A stretch of DNA of 48,612 nt, taken from assembly GCA_028691595.1 (NCBI GenBank), contig JAQUZA010000001.1, forward strand, positions 1 to 48,612, written 5' to 3'. Origin of the DNA: Candidatus Rifleibacteriota bacterium (GTDB taxonomy: Bacteria; Muiribacteriota; Ozemobacteria; Ozemobacterales; Ozemobacteraceae). The notes under the pieces are model-generated. The model was given only the letters and a program-made list of their open reading frames with translations. It ran no database searches and had not been told where the DNA came from. The first letter of the stretch is position 1; the number at the start of each line of letters is the position of its first letter. A program made the position numbers and the translations under genes. Below are positions 34,295 to 43,047 of this stretch, piece by piece.

Positions 34295-36181
34295 ATGATT
34301 TTAAATAGCATTCGTGAACCCAAAGACCTGGAAAGCCTGTCAGTTGATGAGTTAAAACTCCTCAGCGATGAAATTCGCGAGCTGATAATAACTGTCGTTT
34401 CACGCAATGGCGGCCATCTTGCCAGTAATCTTGGTATAGTTGAGCTGACTCTGGCGATTCACCGGGTCTTTCATTCGCCTCATGACCAGATCATCTGGGA
34501 TGTCGGCCATCAGTCTTACACGCATAAGCTGGTTACCGGTCGTGCCGGGCAGTTTCCGACCCTCCGAACCCTGGGTGGGCTGAGTGGGTTTCCGAAAATG
34601 TGCGAAAGCCGGCATGATATTTTCAACACCGGTCACAGCTCTACCTCTATTTCGGCTGCCCAGGGGCTTGCCATTGCCAAAGACCAGTTTCAGCTCGGGG
34701 GCAAGACGGTTGCCGTAATTGGCGATGGGGCTCTCACTTCCGGAATGGCGTTCGAAGCTCTCAACTTTACCGGGCATGAAAAGAACGATGTGGTCGTGAT
34801 TCTTAATGATAACGAGATGTCGATTTCGCCTAATGTCGGTGCCCTGTCGATGTATCTGCACCGTTTGCGCCTTGAGCCCGCTTATACCACCCCGAAAGAT
34901 TACCTTGCCTACGTTCTTAAACAGATCCCTGGCTTTGGCTCGCGCTTATATAATGTGCTCAGCCGCCTTGAAGGCAGTTTGAAATATCTTCTTACACCCG
35001 GTATGCTGTTTGAAGAATTTGGCTTCAAATATTTTGGGCCGGTTGATGGTTATGACTTTGAGACCCTTGAGCGTGCCCTTATCAGGGCTCGCGACCGAAA
35101 AGGGCCGGTGCTGGTGCACGTGCTTACCGAAAAAGGTCGTGGCTACAAGCCGGCCCAGGAGCAGCGCCCCAAGTTTCATGGAATCGGCCCCTTTGAGATC
35201 GAAACCGGCAAGGTTAAAAAGTCTGGCGAAGCCAGGCCAACTTTTACCGAAGTGTTTGGCGAAAGCCTCTGCAGGCTTGCTGCAGCCGATAAGAAGATCG
35301 TTGCTGTCACTGCTGCCATGAAAGAGGGCACCGGTCTTAATAAATTCGCGCTCGAATACCCTTCAAGATTTTTCGATGTCGGCATTGCCGAGCAGCATGC
35401 GGTTACTATGGCGGCCGGTATGGCCAGGGGTGGTTTAAAGCCTTTCGTTGCCATCTATTCAACATTCATGCAGCGGGCTTACGACCAGATTATTCACGAT
35501 GTGGCCCTGATGAATCTGCCGGTCGTTTTCTGCGTTGACCGGGCTGGCCTGGTGGGCGAAGACGGGCCGACCCACCATGGCACCTTCGACATATCATTCA
35601 TGCGCGTGATCCCGAATCTTCAACTGCTGGCACCCTGTGACGAAGTTGAATTAAGTCTGATGCTCGATTATGCCGCTGCTCATGGTGGGCCTATGGTCAT
35701 CAGATATCCGCGTGGTTCAAGTTCAGGTGCTGTTGAGCCGGTTAAATGCCGCCCCCCGTTAGTTGCCGGGCGGGCCGAAGTCTTGCGGGAAGGCGAACAG
35801 ATAGCTGTTCTGGCACTTGGTCATACTCTGGCACCTGCGTTGAAGGCTGCCGAAGCCCTTGAGGCCGATGGGGTGAGCGCCATGCTCATTAATCCCCGCT
35901 TTGTCAGACCATTTGACGAAAAAATTCTGGCAGATATTGTGCGCCGCGATATGCCGATTATTACCGTAGAAGAGAACGCTCTGCCGGGTGGTTTTGGTAG
36001 TCTGGTTGCCGAGCACGCCTTTGAGTTGGGTCATACAGCCGGTCTTTTGCGTATCGGCCTGCCTGACGAATTCGTGCAACATGGCAGTCAGGAAGAATTG
36101 CGCAGTATTTTAAAAATTGATGCCGCCGGTATCAGAGAGCGCATTCTCCACTGGCTTAAAACAAGGCATCTTCCCAGATAA
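34295..36181 (+). CDS. dxs: 1-deoxy-D-xylulose-5-phosphate synthase
   Basis: GGHLASNLGIVELTLAIH, WDVGHQSYTHK, GDGALTSGMAFEALN, DVGIAEQHAVT and DGPTHHG. Confidence 0.95.
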   Translation: MILNSIREPKDLESLSVDELKLLSDEIRELIITVVSRNGGHLASNLGIVELTLAIHRVFHSPHDQIIWDVGHQSYTHKLVTGRAGQFPTLRTLGGLSGFPKMCESRHDIFNTGHSSTSISAAQGLAIAKDQFQLGGKTVAVIGDGALTSGMAFEALNFTGHEKNDVVVILNDNEMSISPNVGALSMYLHRLRLEPAYTTPKDYLAYVLKQIPGFGSRLYNVLSRLEGSLKYLLTPGMLFEEFGFKYFGPVDGYDFETLERALIRARDRKGPVLVHVLTEKGRGYKPAQEQRPKFHGIGPFEIETGKVKKSGEARPTFTEVFGESLCRLAAADKKIVAVTAAMKEGTGLNKFALEYPSRFFDVGIAEQHAVTMAAGMARGGLKPFVAIYSTFMQRAYDQIIHDVALMNLPVVFCVDRAGLVGEDGPTHHGTFDISFMRVIPNLQLLAPCDEVELSLMLDYAAAHGGPMVIRYPRGSSSGAVEPVKCRPPLVAGRAEVLREGEQIAVLALGHTLAPALKAAEALEADGVSAMLINPRFVRPFDEKILADIVRRDMPIITVEENALPGGFGSLVAEHAFELGHTAGLLRIGLPDEFVQHGSQEELRSILKIDAAGIRERILHWLKTRHLPR

Positions 36182-36266
36182 TTTGGCACTGTGGTTGTGT
36201 GTCTTTCCTGTGGCGCAGCTTTTCTAATTCATGATCAAAAAGCACCGGGCTTTTATATATAAAAAT

Positions 36267-36294
36267 CGGCCGCTCTGTTAAAACAGAGCGGCCG
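36267..36294. terminator. Bidirectional terminator hairpin between convergent dxs and glgB
   Basis: CGGCCGCTCTGTT-AA-AACAGAGCGGCCG forms perfect 13-nt arms. It is flanked by AAAAAT on the left (a U-run for the - strand transcript) and CAGCTTTTCTT on the right. Confidence 0.7.
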
Positions 36295-36321
36295 CAGCTT
36301 TTCTTGAGAGAATCTCTGGCC

Positions 36322-38541
36322 TTAGACTGAAAACTTAAAGCCCACAAGTGCAAGTGGTGGCACGTCAACGACTATTGATTGATCCCGGTAATGCCAGCCG
36401 TGTTTCTCGGCCCAGCGACCCCCAAAGTTGCCGACGTTGGAGCCAAAATACATTTCGCTGTCAGAGTTGAGAACTTCACGATAATAACCTTCACGAGGCA
36501 CACCGAGTCGATAACCGACGCGGGGTACCGGAGTGAAGTTGGCGACGAAAACCATCATATCGTCCTGACTGTCGCCTTTGCGTACCCAGCTGACAATACT
36601 GCTGTCTGCGTCGTCGAAGTTGATCCATTCGAAACCGCTTGAATCTGAATCTTTCAAAAACAGGGCGGTTTCGCTGCGATAAAGATGATTCAGGTGGCTT
36701 ACCAGTCGCTGCAGGCCCTTGTGAGAATCATAATCGAGCAGGTGCCAGTCGAGACTCTGGTTGCTGTTCCATTCGTTCCACTGGCCAAAGTCAGTGCCCT
36801 GAAACAGGAGCTTTTTGCCCGGCATCGTCCACATCATGCTGAACAGGAGCCTGACATTGGCAAACTTCTGCCAGAAATCGCCCGGCATCTTGTTGATAAG
36901 GTTGCCTTTGCCGTGCACAACTTCATCATGTGACATGACGTAGATGAAGTGCTCGTGAAAAGCGTAGATGAGGGGAAAGGTAAGATTGTTATGATGATAG
37001 CGCCTGTAGATCGGGTCTTTCTGGAAATAGCTCAGGGTGTCATTCATCCAGCCCATGTTCCATTTGAAGGTAAAACCAAGACCACCTTCACTGCAGGGTT
37101 TTGAAACCCCTGGCCAGGCGGTTGATTCTTCGGCGATGTTCATGATGCCGGGGTGCTTTTCCTGGCAGATGCTGTTAAGATACTTCAAAAACTCGATTGC
37201 TTCAAGATTTTCGCGGCCGCCGTATTTGTTCGGAACCCATTCTCCGGCTTTGCGGGAATAATCGAGGTAGAGCATCGAGGCAACGGCATCAACACGTAGA
37301 CCATCGATATGATATTTGTCCATCCAGAACAAGGCACTGCTGATCAGAAAGTTTTTAACCTCGTTGCGGCCAAAGTTGAAGATCAGGGTCGACCAGTCTT
37401 TGTGCTCGCCCTGACGCGGGTCAGCATGCTCGTAAAGAGCGGTGCCATCAAACCTGGCCAGACCGTGTGCGTCTTTGGGAAAATGTGCTGGAACCCAGTC
37501 AAGCAACACACCAATGCCTTCTTTGTGAAGGTAGTCAACGAAATACATGAAATCTTTGGGGCTGCCAAAGCGACTTGTGGGCGCAAAATAACCGGTAACC
37601 TGATAACCCCAGGACATGTCGAGGGGATGTTCAGTAATCGGCAACAGCTCAATATGCGTGTAACCAAGTTGCTTAGCGTAATCAGCGAGCAGGGGTGCCA
37701 GTTCGCGATAGGTCATGAACCGGTTACCTTCTTCAAGATTGCGCATAAAAGAGCCAAGATGGCATTCAAAAATAGAAACAGGCTCGCGCTTCCAGTCACG
37801 CTGGGCGCGAGTTTTCAGCCATTCGCCGTCTTGCCATTCGTAGCCGCTGATATCATATATTTTGCTGGCAGTTTTGGGTCTGACTTCAGCATAATAGGCA
37901 AAGGGGTCAATCTTTTCGAGCAGCTCGCCATGCTTGGTTTTAACTTCAAACTTATAATTCTGGCCGGCCTGCAGCCCCGGGATAAAAATCTCCCAGATGC
38001 CCGAATTGCCGAGCGAACGCATCACATGTCTTCTGCCGTCCCAGCAGTTGAAATCGCCGATGACACTGACCCGTTTTGCGTTCGGTGCCCATACTGCAAA
38101 GGAAATTCCACCGAGTTTGTCCTGGTAGTAGTCCATGAAGCGAATGTGGGCACCAAGCTTTTCGTAAAGCTCGTGGTGGTTGCCTTCATTGAACAGATAC
38201 TGGTCGGTTTCACCAAGGGTGGGCATAAAAGCGTAAGAATCATAGAATTCAGCGCTGGCACCGTTGGCATAAAAGCTTTTGAGGCGGTAAGCAAAAACAA
38301 CATCATGGTCTAGAATCACCGCTTCAAAAAAACCGGCCTGATCAAGCTTGTTCATCTTGAAAGCCATGCCATTGCTGATGTCTATGACTTCAACCTTTTC
38401 TGCATCAGGAAGGAAAGCCCTTACAGCAACGCACTTTTTGCCTTTGAATTCAGCCACATGCGCGCCAAGAATCTGGAATGGGTCGTGATGATCGGTTCTT
38501 ACAATGGCTTCAATTGCACCACTGTTGATGATCTGATTCAT
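36322..38541 (-). CDS. glgB: 1,4-alpha-glucan branching enzyme
   Basis: 739 aa. [54 protein letters not shown] and [10 protein letters not shown] are GH13 branching-enzyme blocks. Confidence 0.95.
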   Translation of the reverse strand: MNQIINSGAIEAIVRTDHHDPFQILGAHVAEFKGKKCVAVRAFLPDAEKVEVIDISNGMAFKMNKLDQAGFFEAVILDHDVVFAYRLKSFYANGASAEFYDSYAFMPTLGETDQYLFNEGNHHELYEKLGAHIRFMDYYQDKLGGISFAVWAPNAKRVSVIGDFNCWDGRRHVMRSLGNSGIWEIFIPGLQAGQNYKFEVKTKHGELLEKIDPFAYYAEVRPKTASKIYDISGYEWQDGEWLKTRAQRDWKREPVSIFECHLGSFMRNLEEGNRFMTYRELAPLLADYAKQLGYTHIELLPITEHPLDMSWGYQVTGYFAPTSRFGSPKDFMYFVDYLHKEGIGVLLDWVPAHFPKDAHGLARFDGTALYEHADPRQGEHKDWSTLIFNFGRNEVKNFLISSALFWMDKYHIDGLRVDAVASMLYLDYSRKAGEWVPNKYGGRENLEAIEFLKYLNSICQEKHPGIMNIAEESTAWPGVSKPCSEGGLGFTFKWNMGWMNDTLSYFQKDPIYRRYHHNNLTFPLIYAFHEHFIYVMSHDEVVHGKGNLINKMPGDFWQKFANVRLLFSMMWTMPGKKLLFQGTDFGQWNEWNSNQSLDWHLLDYDSHKGLQRLVSHLNHLYRSETALFLKDSDSSGFEWINFDDADSSIVSWVRKGDSQDDMMVFVANFTPVPRVGYRLGVPREGYYREVLNSDSEMYFGSNVGNFGGRWAEKHGWHYRDQSIVVDVPPLALVGFKFSV

Positions 38542-38574
38542 TAAATGCTCCTGTTAAGATGGCCTGGTTCGCAA

Positions 38575-38895
38575 TCAGAGGATATGGCTCTTGATCTGGT
38601 TTTCAAGTTCTGGTTCAGGGGTTACACCAATCATGGTGTGAACAGCTTTGCCATCTTTAAAGAAAATCAGGGTCGGAATTGTTGAAACTCCGAATTTGGC
38701 AGCAATATCAGGACTGTCGTCAACGTTCAGCTTGGCAATTTTTACTTTGCCGGCATACTTCCCAGAGAGGCTGTCGATGATTGGTCCCATCATCCGGCAT
38801 GGGCCACACCAGGGTGCCCAGAAGTCTACGAGAACGCCGCCCTGAAAATCAGCGACTTCAACGTTAAAATTTTTGCTGGTTAATTCGAGTGCCAT
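38575..38895 (-). CDS. trxA: Thioredoxin
   Basis: 106 aa with VLVDFWAPWCGPCRM and KLNVDDSPDIAAKFGVSTIPTLIFF. Confidence 0.9.
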   Translation of the reverse strand: MALELTSKNFNVEVADFQGGVLVDFWAPWCGPCRMMGPIIDSLSGKYAGKVKIAKLNVDDSPDIAAKFGVSTIPTLIFFKDGKAVHTMIGVTPEPELENQIKSHIL

Positions 38896-38979
38896 AAAAT
38901 CCCCTTTCGGTTGGTGGTGTCGTACCCCCGTTAGAATACACCCAACCGTTTAATAATACAACCTTGGCGGCCGCACAAA

Positions 38980-39471
38980 TTATTCTGATATGAGCATTGC
39001 TGTTTTCTGAATCTCAAAACCTTCAGGCCAGCCAGATACTGGCAGGCTAAGGCATTCTCCATCTGGCTGAAATACTATTCGCCCTGAAATCCGTCCTCCC
39101 GAGTGGCGCAGGCGGCATTTTAACCATTGCCAGGGCTGATTTTCCGGTGCGTAAACTGTTATTGTTACACTGTCAGGCTTCAGATAGCTGATGATGAAAA
39201 GGTAGCTGCTCCCTGGAAACTTCGCCTTGCCTGGATATCGTTCAAGGAAGTATTGCTGATTATCTTCATCAAAACCTGCATTGACACTGGCGAGATAATT
39301 CTTGTCTGCCTTGATAAGGCTTTTAAGATCAAGGGCCAGCAGATTTTTCAGCAGCATTAATCTTGGCTGGCAATTCAGGGTACTGCCAGCCTCCGGTAAA
39401 AATCTGCCGGAAGTCAGCAGGATAACCATTGAAAATAGAATTATTCCGCCAGTTTTTGCACATATTCGCAT
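38980..39471 (-). CDS. Hypothetical signal-anchored/secreted protein
   Basis: N-terminal hydrophobic GGIILFSMVILLTSG. No recognisable motif. Same strand as, and just downstream of, the sigma/anti-sigma pair. Confidence 0.5.
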   Translation of the reverse strand: MRICAKTGGIILFSMVILLTSGRFLPEAGSTLNCQPRLMLLKNLLALDLKSLIKADKNYLASVNAGFDEDNQQYFLERYPGKAKFPGSSYLFIISYLKPDSVTITVYAPENQPWQWLKCRLRHSGGRISGRIVFQPDGECLSLPVSGWPEGFEIQKTAMLISE

Positions 39472-39554
39472 GATTTACCCCCAGAATTTTCGAGTTCTAA
39501 AGGTAAATCAATTGAAAAACGAAAAAGGGAAAAAATATTTTAGCGCCCTCAAAA

Positions 39555-40778
39555 TCAGTGTTTTCGCCGCAGACTCAATCTGGCTTTGCCGTCTTCTATC
39601 GTGAGATACCAGCTGTTGCCATCGGCCGGTTGCCAGGCCCGAAATTTCCTGTTGCTGATAAAACCACGCATCACCAGACGCTCGAGGTCGATAAATCCCT
39701 CTTTGTCGGCCAGATTATTGCTTTCAAGCAACTTGAGAATCTCACTGGCACGAATGTCTTCAACCAGAGAACCCTTTTCAGAGTTGGTATTTTCACTATC
39801 AGAAAGAATTTCTTCGGCCTTTTCTGAAAAGCTTTTTGCTCTCATGGACGGAGCAGCAGGAGCCATTGCCATTCTTATCTGGCCCTCACTTTCGTTTTCT
39901 CTTTGAGGTTGGCTGGGGGCAGCCGCCAGGACGGCACTGGTTGAAAAGTCGGTTGATGCGTCAGCGAAGGCATTTTCATGAGATTCATGCGAATTAGAAG
40001 AATCAGAAGAATCAGGAGAAGATGTTTTTTCAGGGGGGAAAGCAAAACGGGCTTTTGTTGCTTCTGCGCTGCTTTGTTTGCCTGCCTCTTCGTCTGCGAG
40101 AGAATAACTTACGGCCCCGGGTATTTCTTCATGTGGCATGTTCGATTTTTCGGTTTCTCTGAGCGTTGATAATTCAGGTGCCCGGGCAATCTCATGCTTT
40201 TTGAAAAACTCTGGTGGCTCCGCAACTCTGCCTGCTGGTTTGTTGGCCATGACCATTTTTTTTAATTCAGGGTCAAGGGTTATTGCGGCACCAACCCCCT
40301 GAATGACAGATTCGGGCGAATTTTCAGGCAATGGATTTGTTGATCTGAATAAGGGCCTTTGCAGCTGTTTGGTCTTTTCTGATCTGGCAAAGTTATTATC
40401 AGGGCGGCCAACTGACTCTCTAATTGGCTCACGCAGCAGCAAAACCGCAAACAGGAACCCGGTTATGCCTGAAGCAAGAGCAACTTTGAATGAAAATGAG
40501 TTGACCAGGCCATGAAGCCAGGTTAACGCGCCGGTTATTTCTGCGGGTTTTGAAGAAGAGCCGGCTGTTTTGGGGATTGCAAGAATTCTGCGGGTGATGT
40601 CTGAGGGCATTGGTGCTTCGGCAATCTCTGCAAAACCACTGCGAAGGCTTTCCTCGTATCTTAAGAACACGCGACAACCCTCGCAACTTTTCAGGTGCGC
40701 CGAAAGCTCAGCATTGCTGCTGATTTCATTCAGGTCAGTCGTTTCGCTGACAAGGTCTTTAAATTCTTTGCAGTTCAT
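39555..40778 (-). CDS. Membrane-anchored ZAS-type anti-sigma factor
   Basis: 4-nt overlap with the ECF sigma gene. N-terminal zf-HC2 with C3...H28-x3-C32-x2-C35 (HLKSCEGC). TM segment VALASGITGFLFAVLLL. Long Ser/Glu/Pro-rich region and a ~70-aa C-terminal module. Confidence 0.7.
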   Translation of the reverse strand: MNCKEFKDLVSETTDLNEISSNAELSAHLKSCEGCRVFLRYEESLRSGFAEIAEAPMPSDITRRILAIPKTAGSSSKPAEITGALTWLHGLVNSFSFKVALASGITGFLFAVLLLREPIRESVGRPDNNFARSEKTKQLQRPLFRSTNPLPENSPESVIQGVGAAITLDPELKKMVMANKPAGRVAEPPEFFKKHEIARAPELSTLRETEKSNMPHEEIPGAVSYSLADEEAGKQSSAEATKARFAFPPEKTSSPDSSDSSNSHESHENAFADASTDFSTSAVLAAAPSQPQRENESEGQIRMAMAPAAPSMRAKSFSEKAEEILSDSENTNSEKGSLVEDIRASEILKLLESNNLADKEGFIDLERLVMRGFISNRKFRAWQPADGNSWYLTIEDGKARLSLRRKH

Positions 40779-41359
40779 ATGCTCTTCTCAAACCTTTTAA
40801 TCTGAATCTTTTCGCTTAACAGGGCATCGAGTTTCAGTCTTGCATGTCTGACCCTGGTTTTGGCTGTTCCTGGGGGGAGCTCCATTACCTCGGCAAACTC
40901 AGGTATACTCAACCCGGCGATATAGACCAGACAGACTGCCATGCGGTCTGCTTCTTCAAGGCGATCGAGGCATTCATCGATGTAGCAGACCATCTGTTGA
41001 TGCTCAATTGCATTGATGACGCTTTCTTCAACCTGTATCCCCGCATCGACAATTTCCGGTAACACGTCGCTGAGCACTTCGCGTTGCCCGCTGCGCCGCC
41101 ATTCGTCGATCAACAGATTTCTGGCAATTCTGAATATCCAGGTTTTCAGTGAACCGTATTTGAAGGCTTCTTTGTTTTTGAATATTCTTAGGAATACTTC
41201 CTGGACTTTGTCGCCGGCAAGTTCTGCGTTGCGGGTATTCTTGAGAAAGAACTGGTAAACACGGGTTCCAAAGAGTTCGTAAAGACGCTGCCAGGCAACT
41301 TGATCGCCTGCGACCGCCCTTTGCCACAACTCTTCAGGTTTCATGTTTTCCATAATCAC
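40775..41359 (-). CDS. ECF-type RNA polymerase sigma-70 factor
   Basis: Region 2 (YELFGTRVYQFFLKNTRNAELAGDKVQEVFLRIF, WIFRIARNLLIDEWRR) and region 4 (LVYIAGLSIPEFAEVMELPPGTAKTRVRHARLKL). Confidence 0.85.
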   Translation of the reverse strand: MIMENMKPEELWQRAVAGDQVAWQRLYELFGTRVYQFFLKNTRNAELAGDKVQEVFLRIFKNKEAFKYGSLKTWIFRIARNLLIDEWRRSGQREVLSDVLPEIVDAGIQVEESVINAIEHQQMVCYIDECLDRLEEADRMAVCLVYIAGLSIPEFAEVMELPPGTAKTRVRHARLKLDALLSEKIQIKRFEKSI

Positions 41360-41387
41360 AAACGCAGATTATTCTGAATAGATTTAG

Positions 41388-43022
41388 CTATTTTTTGAAG
41401 GTTTTTAAGATTTCTTTGCGCAGTGACCCGGCACCACTGTTATGTATCTTGAAAAAATGCTGGTGATCTTCGATGCACGGTCTTACCTGATAAAGCAGCA
41501 GGTGACCGGCATAGCTGGTTACTACGACGACCAGATCGCATCTGCCAACGATTTCAGCAGTTCGGGCCTGGCTGATAGTATGATAGCCTTCATACCACTC
41601 ATAATTCTCGTTGGTGACCCCGGCTTCTTTTAGAATCGGCAGGTAATGATCACGCCCGACCCCACCAAAAATGGCGACGCGTTTGCCGGCAAGCAGGCCT
41701 TCAACCGAATAGGCATCTTCGTCTGGAATCGCGTGCAGTTGTTGCAGTTTGCGAGTCATTTCCTGGTTTTCTTCGTCAAGCTTGCGCATGTCGGCAAGCA
41801 GTTCTTTTTCTTCGTCGATTGTTTCCTGGAGCTCTTTACGGGCAGCTCTGACTTTGGCTTCGGCGGCCTGCAACTGCTTTTGAACTTCGACGGGGTCAAG
41901 GCGGGCCAGCTTGGCTTTTAATTCTTCATTCTGGTTGCGCAGGGCTCTTGCTTCAGCCAAAGCCTGGTCCTTTTCGACATTTATCGAGTTAATGCGCCGT
42001 CGCAGCTCATCGTTTTCTTCCCGGAGGTCCTGGATCTTTTCGTGCAGCTCTTCTTTGGTAATTTCGAAGTCTTTTAAAGAGATAGAAGGCCTGGTCTGGT
42101 TAAAATATTTGAGAACGAAGTGATGGTGTGTGTAAATTTCGAGAATATTGCTCAGGTAGTCTTCATACGCGTCCTGCTTCTCCGGGTCGGGCGGAAAACT
42201 TGTCTGGGCATCTTCGATTAACAGTTTGAGGAGTTTTTTGCCGTCGCGATAAGCTTTGTCGAGGTCTTCATAAAAATTGGGGCGCACAAGGTTGAGACTG
42301 CGGGTCTCATTGAATACCCATTCAAGATGCTTGAATGAATCGGCTTCGAGCAATGCCCAGGCCTGAACGACTTCAGCCTGTGATATTTCGTAGCGCAGTT
42401 CTTCGATTATCTTGCGCAGCGCTTCAAGACGCTTTTCTTCGGTTGCAGGCACAGGTTCTGTCAGGCTTTCGCGGCAGACGATCTCAATTTGTCGTATCAG
42501 TTTTTTGAACGAGGGGTATTCGTCACTGTCAAGAAAAAGAGCTGCCAGGAAGCCCTTGCGTTTAAGAAAATGCCGGGAAAAAATTCTTTTTTCGCCGCCG
42601 ATTACCACGTCATATTTTGAGCTGCGTCTGGCCTGAACTTTATGCTTCTGGGTCGAGGGCTCAGCTGCGGCTTCTCTGGCCTTGCGCATCCGGTTGATCT
42701 TTTCTTCGATCATTTCATTGACCAGCCTCGTCTGAACGGGCCCACCAAGAATAATATCGAGCAGATCGCCTATAAAAAGGGCAAAAGACCGTCCAGATGT
42801 TTCATAGAGTTTGACAAATTTTTTGTGGATATCCCAGTATTTATCTGCATCTGGCTCAACTGATCGTTCTGCCGACTTTTCGACCTGTTTCACGAGTTTT
42901 TCGGCCATGTCGGTAAATTTATTACTGCCCCCTTTGCGCGGGGAAAAGCCTGCCAGCTTCTCGAGTTCATCGAGACTTTTCTGGTTTCGCGAAATATTTA
43001 AATCATCGAGTGGATTGATCAT
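41388..43022 (-). CDS. Coiled-coil protein with a C-terminal DUF2325-like domain
   Basis: ATG at 43022 (MINPLDD) is preceded by GAGGGAAG. The track start at 43151 would overlap the upstream gene by 104 nt. The heptad-rich segment runs ELHEKIQDLREENDELRRRINSINVEKDQALAEARALRNQNEELKAKLARL and beyond. The C-terminus, GKRVAIFGGVGRDHY...CDLVVVVTSYAGHLLLYQVR...FFKIHNSGAGSLRKEI, resembles PF10087. Confidence 0.65.
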   Translation of the reverse strand: MINPLDDLNISRNQKSLDELEKLAGFSPRKGGSNKFTDMAEKLVKQVEKSAERSVEPDADKYWDIHKKFVKLYETSGRSFALFIGDLLDIILGGPVQTRLVNEMIEEKINRMRKAREAAAEPSTQKHKVQARRSSKYDVVIGGEKRIFSRHFLKRKGFLAALFLDSDEYPSFKKLIRQIEIVCRESLTEPVPATEEKRLEALRKIIEELRYEISQAEVVQAWALLEADSFKHLEWVFNETRSLNLVRPNFYEDLDKAYRDGKKLLKLLIEDAQTSFPPDPEKQDAYEDYLSNILEIYTHHHFVLKYFNQTRPSISLKDFEITKEELHEKIQDLREENDELRRRINSINVEKDQALAEARALRNQNEELKAKLARLDPVEVQKQLQAAEAKVRAARKELQETIDEEKELLADMRKLDEENQEMTRKLQQLHAIPDEDAYSVEGLLAGKRVAIFGGVGRDHYLPILKEAGVTNENYEWYEGYHTISQARTAEIVGRCDLVVVVTSYAGHLLLYQVRPCIEDHQHFFKIHNSGAGSLRKEILKTFKK

Positions 43023-43047
43023 TTGCTTCCCTCTGTCTGAAACTTTT

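Noticed and set aside
36184-36198. TGGCAC-N5-TTGT sigma54-like sequence just after dxs
   Set aside because: The -12 element is GT rather than GC, and no + strand gene lies downstream. The region is a convergent terminator zone.
37309-38313. 334-aa + strand ORF
   Set aside because: It lies entirely antisense within glgB, whose GH13 motifs are unambiguous. Long shadow ORF.
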